A stretch of DNA of 53,593 nucleotides from Chiloscyllium plagiosum. Its lineage: Eukaryota. Made by a program: the position numbers and the translations under genes. The notes beneath the pieces were generated by a model. The model was not told where the DNA came from. It was given only the letters and a program-made list of their open reading frames with translations, and made no database searches. This document shows, piece after piece, positions 49,566 to 53,593 of this stretch. How positions within the stretch are numbered: the first letter of the stretch is position 1; each line of letters opens with the position of its first letter. The stretch lies in assembly GCF_004010195.1 (NCBI RefSeq), contig NC_057718.1:67713254-67766846 (forward strand), written 5' to 3'.

Positions 49566-49916
49566 CGCATCCATGAACACCAGCTAGCCACGAAACGACA
49601 CGACCAGCTATTCTTAGTAGCCACACATGCACATGACAAGCAACATGAATTTGACTGGGACAACACTACTATTATAGGACAAGCCAAACAGAGAACAGCC
49701 AGGGAATTCCGAGAGGCATGGCACTCATCCACAGATTCAATCAATAAGCACATAGACCTGGACCCAATATACCGACCACTGCAACAGACAGCTGGAACTG
49801 ACAACCGGAAGCGGCAGATTCAAACCACTATAAATGCCGGAGGAAACATCACAGAAGCGCTTCTCAGGAGGCTTCCAAGCACTGAGGATGTCACCTAGAC
49901 AGGGGACGAAATGTCT
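49563..49916 (+). mobile_element. Poseidon/Penelope-type PLE 3' end (GIY-YIG C-terminus plus pseudo-LTR)
   Basis: IRIHEHQLATKRHD...HEFDWDNTTII...AREFREAWHS...INKHIDLDPIYRPL, followed by a hammerhead motif. Confidence 0.88.
49879..49916 (+). ncRNA. Hammerhead ribozyme motif, truncated near the cleavage site
   Basis: GCA CUGAGGA U GUCACCU AGAC AGGGGAC GAAA UG UC/U. Confidence 0.6.
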
Positions 49917-50696
49917 TAAACCTTCATTATTTAATACAGCATCACAGTTACAAATTTACAAGTCACCAAGCCCTAGTCTAAGTAGAGGTTCTAGAACCTC
50001 AGCAGAGTAGTGTTACTGGCACTTACCAACCAAGTGCTCCCTTGGACTACTCCAAAGTGGCACTCACAATCTTCAGTACTTATACAGTTTCTACCCAATC
50101 AACATGTCAATCAAACGTCTGCTGATGAACACTATGTCCTCATCACATTCCTGTTGTGTTTATGACAAACTTATGTCAGTCTTTTGCTGACTGTGATCGT
50201 TTAATCATAATACTGATTTTGTGATCTCGAGTAGCGATAACAAAAAGCTGCCCTTGTGACTGTATTGACTTGGGTGATGTCACTAATTGCTGGTATCCCC
50301 TAAAGTTTGGCCACATGCCCATCACCTCATATCCTTATCTAAACCTGATTACTGACTGTCTTTCATGTCTTAAACCCATTCTTCATCATTTCCACTTCAC
50401 ATGCTTGATCAGTAAACTCAATCCAAACTCCTATTGTCTTTTCTCGTATGTGTTTGAAGTGATCTGTCAATATGTTCCTTTCCACTGCGGTTTCTGGGCC
50501 ACCTTAATAACTCATTTTAAGTTTTGCAACTGCCTAAACTTGTTTTTGCACAGAGCTGGACTTTCTGCTTTTCTCAGCAAAGCTTGAAACCTTTGTTTAA
50601 GCTATTTTACCTGATACATTAAACTTTTGTAAATTTGATTATTTATTTCTGACACTATTTCGCTGCTTTAATTCTATGCTTCGTGTTGTTTCTCAT

Positions 50697-51297
50697 TGGG
50701 AGGTCATGTTGCAGCTGTACAGGACATTGGTTAGGCCACTTTTGGATTATTGTGTGCAATTCTGGTCTCCTTCCTTATGGAAAGATGTTGTGGAACTTGA
50801 AAGGATTTACAATTTGGAAAAGATTTACAAGGATGTTACCAGGTTGGAGGATTTGAGCTATAGGGAGAGGTTGAATAGGCTGGGGCTGTTTTCCCTGGCA
50901 CGTCGGAGGCTGAGGGGTGACCTCATAGAGGTTTATAAAATTATGAGGGGCATGGATAGGATAAATAGACAAGATCTTTTCCCTGGGATGGGGGAGTCTA
51001 GAACTAGAGGGCAGGTTTAGGTTTAGGGTGAGAGGGGAAAGATGTAAAAGAGACCTAAGGGACAACTTTTTCATGCAGAGGATGGTGCATGTGTGGAATG
51101 AGCTGCCAGAGGATGTGGTGGAGGTTAGTACCATTGCAAAATTTAAAAGGCATCTGGATGGGTATATGAATAGGAAGGGTTTCGAGGGATATGGGTTGGG
51201 TGCTGGCAGGTGGGACTAGATTGGTTTGGGATATTTGGTCAGCATGGACGGGTTGGACTGAAGGGTCTGTTTGCATGCTGTACATCTCTATGACTCT
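50697..51297 (+). mobile_element. CR1 3' fragment
   Basis: ORFs 50676-51020 and 51028-51219; 3'UTR ctctatgactct. Confidence 0.95.
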
Positions 51298-52119
51298 TTT
51301 ATATTTCTGTAGCACCTGGAGAACTACTGAACTGTAGGGTGAATACTATAACAATTATGATAATTGCTTTTAAATAACAACTGACATTCAAAGTTGCAGT
51401 CCTTTATAATCTCTCAAGTTGGAAATGTTGAATCCAAAACACTGGCTATCTAGAGTTTATCGTTCCAGGTGACTTCACAATTCTTGGACCAGACACTTAA
51501 AGCACTGCAACAAATGCCAAGCAAGCATAAAATGGTGACTGATGTGTTTTAACATTGGAACGAACCATGAGATAAGGGGCTGAGCTGGAAAAATGAGTAA
51601 CGGCTTAAAACTTTGTTGTGTTTCTACTCTTGGCTGCAAAGTTCTGTACCTTGGTCTGGAAACTCTGAATTGTAAGCATTGGCAACTAGATAAAAAGTGG
51701 AGAGGGATTGAGTACAAAGCTGGGTTTGCTGGGAGGAGGGCTGACTTCTGTCACGTATATGTATGAGCAGGATATGAGGGCATATCTAATTACACTTTGT
51801 GTATGTGGGTAATGGGAAGAGACTGACTGATGTATGTTAGTGTATGTGGGAAGAGAGGGGCTGATTACTGTCTGTGGGGAGGTGGGTGAATGGGTTGAGC
51901 ACTTGATTACTGTAGGGAGACAAGTTGAATAAAAGCAAAGTGCTGGAGAAACTTCGGTCTAGCAGCATCTGAAGTGAGAAACATTTAAAGTTTTACGTAA
52001 TCCAGTCTGACTGTGTTTGTCTCCCCCACGATGTTGTCAGGCTTGAACTTTGCTCGTACTTTGCACATGCTGGAAATGAGAAATTGTTTTTTTTGTGGGA
52101 AGAGGATGTTGACGGAGGT

Positions 52120-52295
52120 GCTCAGTGCCTGTGGAAGATACGTTCCAAGGCCTACAGCAGATAGTAGCGAACTCATTCATTTAATTGGGAAATTTACCTC
52201 CCTGGTAGCATATCCTGGTTCTGGAACGTTCCATGTAATATGGTCGGGCCGCGGGTAACTGAAACTGTGATAACTGGACCCGTGGATCACCCTAT
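52120..52295. mobile_element. Tigger/pogo-like non-autonomous DNA transposon remnant
   Basis: gatacgttccaag near one end and gggtaactgaaactgtgata...cccgtggat near the other resemble recalled Tigger/MER2-type termini. Confidence 0.45.
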
Positions 52296-52757
52296 ATATA
52301 TTAAAATTGTTGCATTGGAAAATAGTTTGAGAGAAACAGATGGTGAGCATACACATTCAGGAAAGAACTAAGGTAACTGTGTATCTTCAAGTTGCCACCA
52401 AGTGTGTTCGCAGCATTATCAGTGAACTGAGAATTTAATGTAGCTTGTTTCGCTCTCCCCACTACCTCCCAGGTTTTAAATGTGTATGATTCAAGGTGAA
52501 GTTGACTTGTTGAGCTTTTAGGTTGAAGTTTAGTTCGAAAATATCTAAAAGGAGAAGGAGGGCTGTTGTGGCCGGTTGTGGCTCATGTTCCTAGCTCTGG
52601 GCAATAAGGGAGAGGTATGCGCAGCTCCAAGGCCTAGGCCTCACTCTCTCAGCAGAGCAGGTAAGGGCTGTTTGGCAGTGGCTGCTAGAAGGCTCGGTGA
52701 CGTTTGTTTAACGGTTTAAATTTGAAAGTTTTTTTTTAAAAAAAGTGCGGAGCGGAC

Positions 52758-52814
52758 CCGGAAGCTGGTGTAGCGCAAGTTTACCTGGGTAGGTTTTTTT
52801 TCCCCCTATAAAAG
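52758..52814 (+). promoter_or_regulatory. Putative Pol II promoter in the CR1 5'UTR
   Basis: ETS-type CCGGAAG at 52758-52764 and TATAAAAG at 52807-52814. Confidence 0.4.
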
Positions 52815-52977
52815 CACGCAGGAGAGGAACCTGAGGCACGACAGAGGTAGTGCCTCCCACCCGCCCTCCTCCTCTAACCTAATAATAAGACCCGTTGTGG
52901 TAAGTAGGTAAGTGCTGCATTTTGCTTGTTCTATTCATTAGACCTAGTTTTTTTTTTAAAAGATTACTTTTAGAGGG

Positions 52978-53593
52978 ATGGCAGTGAAGGCAGTGCAATG
53001 TTCCTCTTGCAACATGTTTGAGGTGAGGGATGCCATGTTCGTCCCTGCTGATTACACTTGCAGGAAGTGCATCCATCTCCAGCTCTTCCAAGACCATGTT
53101 AGGGAACTGGAGCTGGAGTTGGATGAACTTAGGATCATTCGGGAGGCAGAAGGGGTCATAGATCGGAGCTTTAGGGAAGTAGTAACTCCAAAGATTGTTG
53201 ACAGATGGGTGACAGTGAGGGGGACTGGGAGGAAGCAGCCAGTGCAGGGACCCCCTGCGGCCGTTCCCCTCAAGAACAAGTATACCGTTTTGGATACTTG
53301 TGGGGACGACTTACCAGGGGCAAGTAACGGGGCACAGGCCTCTGGCACGGAGCCTGTCCCCGTTACTCAGAAGGGAAGGGTGAAGAAGAGCAGAGCAGTA
53401 GTAATTGGGGACTCGATAGTTAGGGGCACAGATAGGCGGTTTTGTGGGAACGAGAGAGACTCACGTTTGGTATGTTGCCTCCCAGGTGAAAGGGTACGTG
53501 ATGTCTCTGATCGTGTTTCCCGGGTCCTGGAGGGGGAGGGGGAGCAGCCCAAAGTCGTGGTCCACATTGGCACCAACGACATAGGTAGAAGGA
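52978..53593 (+). CDS. CR1 ORF1p (Zn finger, leucine zipper, SGNH esterase), partial and open
   Basis: Manual translation: MAVKAVQCSSC...YTCRKC...VRELELELDEL...VPLKNKYTVL...VIGDSIVRG...VHIGTNDIGRR. 205 codons without a stop; absent from the ORF track. Confidence 0.92.
   Translation, partial: MAVKAVQCSSCNMFEVRDAMFVPADYTCRKCIHLQLFQDHVRELELELDELRIIREAEGVIDRSFREVVTPKIVDRWVTVRGTGRKQPVQGPPAAVPLKNKYTVLDTCGDDLPGASNGAQASGTEPVPVTQKGRVKKSRAVVIGDSIVRGTDRRFCGNERDSRLVCCLPGERVRDVSDRVSRVLEGEGEQPKVVVHIGTNDIGRR

Larger units (their letters stand above)
52690..53593 (+). mobile_element. 5' end of a young CR1 LINE, continues beyond the window end
   Basis: CpG-retaining 5'UTR followed by an uninterrupted ORF1; related to the element at 1-1012. 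Confidence 0.93.

Noticed and set aside
51740..51920. GT-rich imperfect repeats
   Set aside because: Low-complexity degenerate sequence with no clear unit or function.
1..53593. Prokaryotic systems (CRISPR, retron, DGR, operons)
   Set aside because: No repeat-spacer array or prokaryotic gene organisation. All RT fragments are of eukaryotic LINE or PLE type.

Overview
Eukaryotic, repeat-dominated vertebrate DNA, intronic or intergenic. The repeat set (HE1-type V-SINE, Deu-domain SINEs, abundant CR1/HER1-type LINEs) points to a shark; a carpet or bamboo shark is a guess from repeat style only. No host protein-coding gene is recognisable, and most ORFs in the track are LINE fragments or their antisense frames. 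Contents: one near full-length decayed CR1 (about 8.5-12.7 kb) inside an LTR-like element, many truncated CR1 copies, a Rex1/Babar LINE, L2/CR1-group and RTE relics, several SINEs, a solo LTR, Neptune- and Poseidon-type Penelope-like elements (PLEs), and the 5' end of a young CR1 whose ORF1 is open to the window end. The main hidden signal is a set of short non-coding PLE-derived insertions. Most carry minimal hammerhead-ribozyme cores (CUGANGA-stem-GAAA-NUH), several have clear target-site duplications (TSDs), two are long palindromes, and one joins two families. Other notable items: a tRNA-Arg(TCG)-like pseudogene with an intron-like insert, a TATA box plus spliceosomal-intron-like segment in a CR1 5'UTR, recurrent microhomology-mediated deletions, a 304-bp tandem duplication and candidate PBX-HOX/MEIS enhancers. 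All calls are by eye; boundaries of old repeats are approximate.
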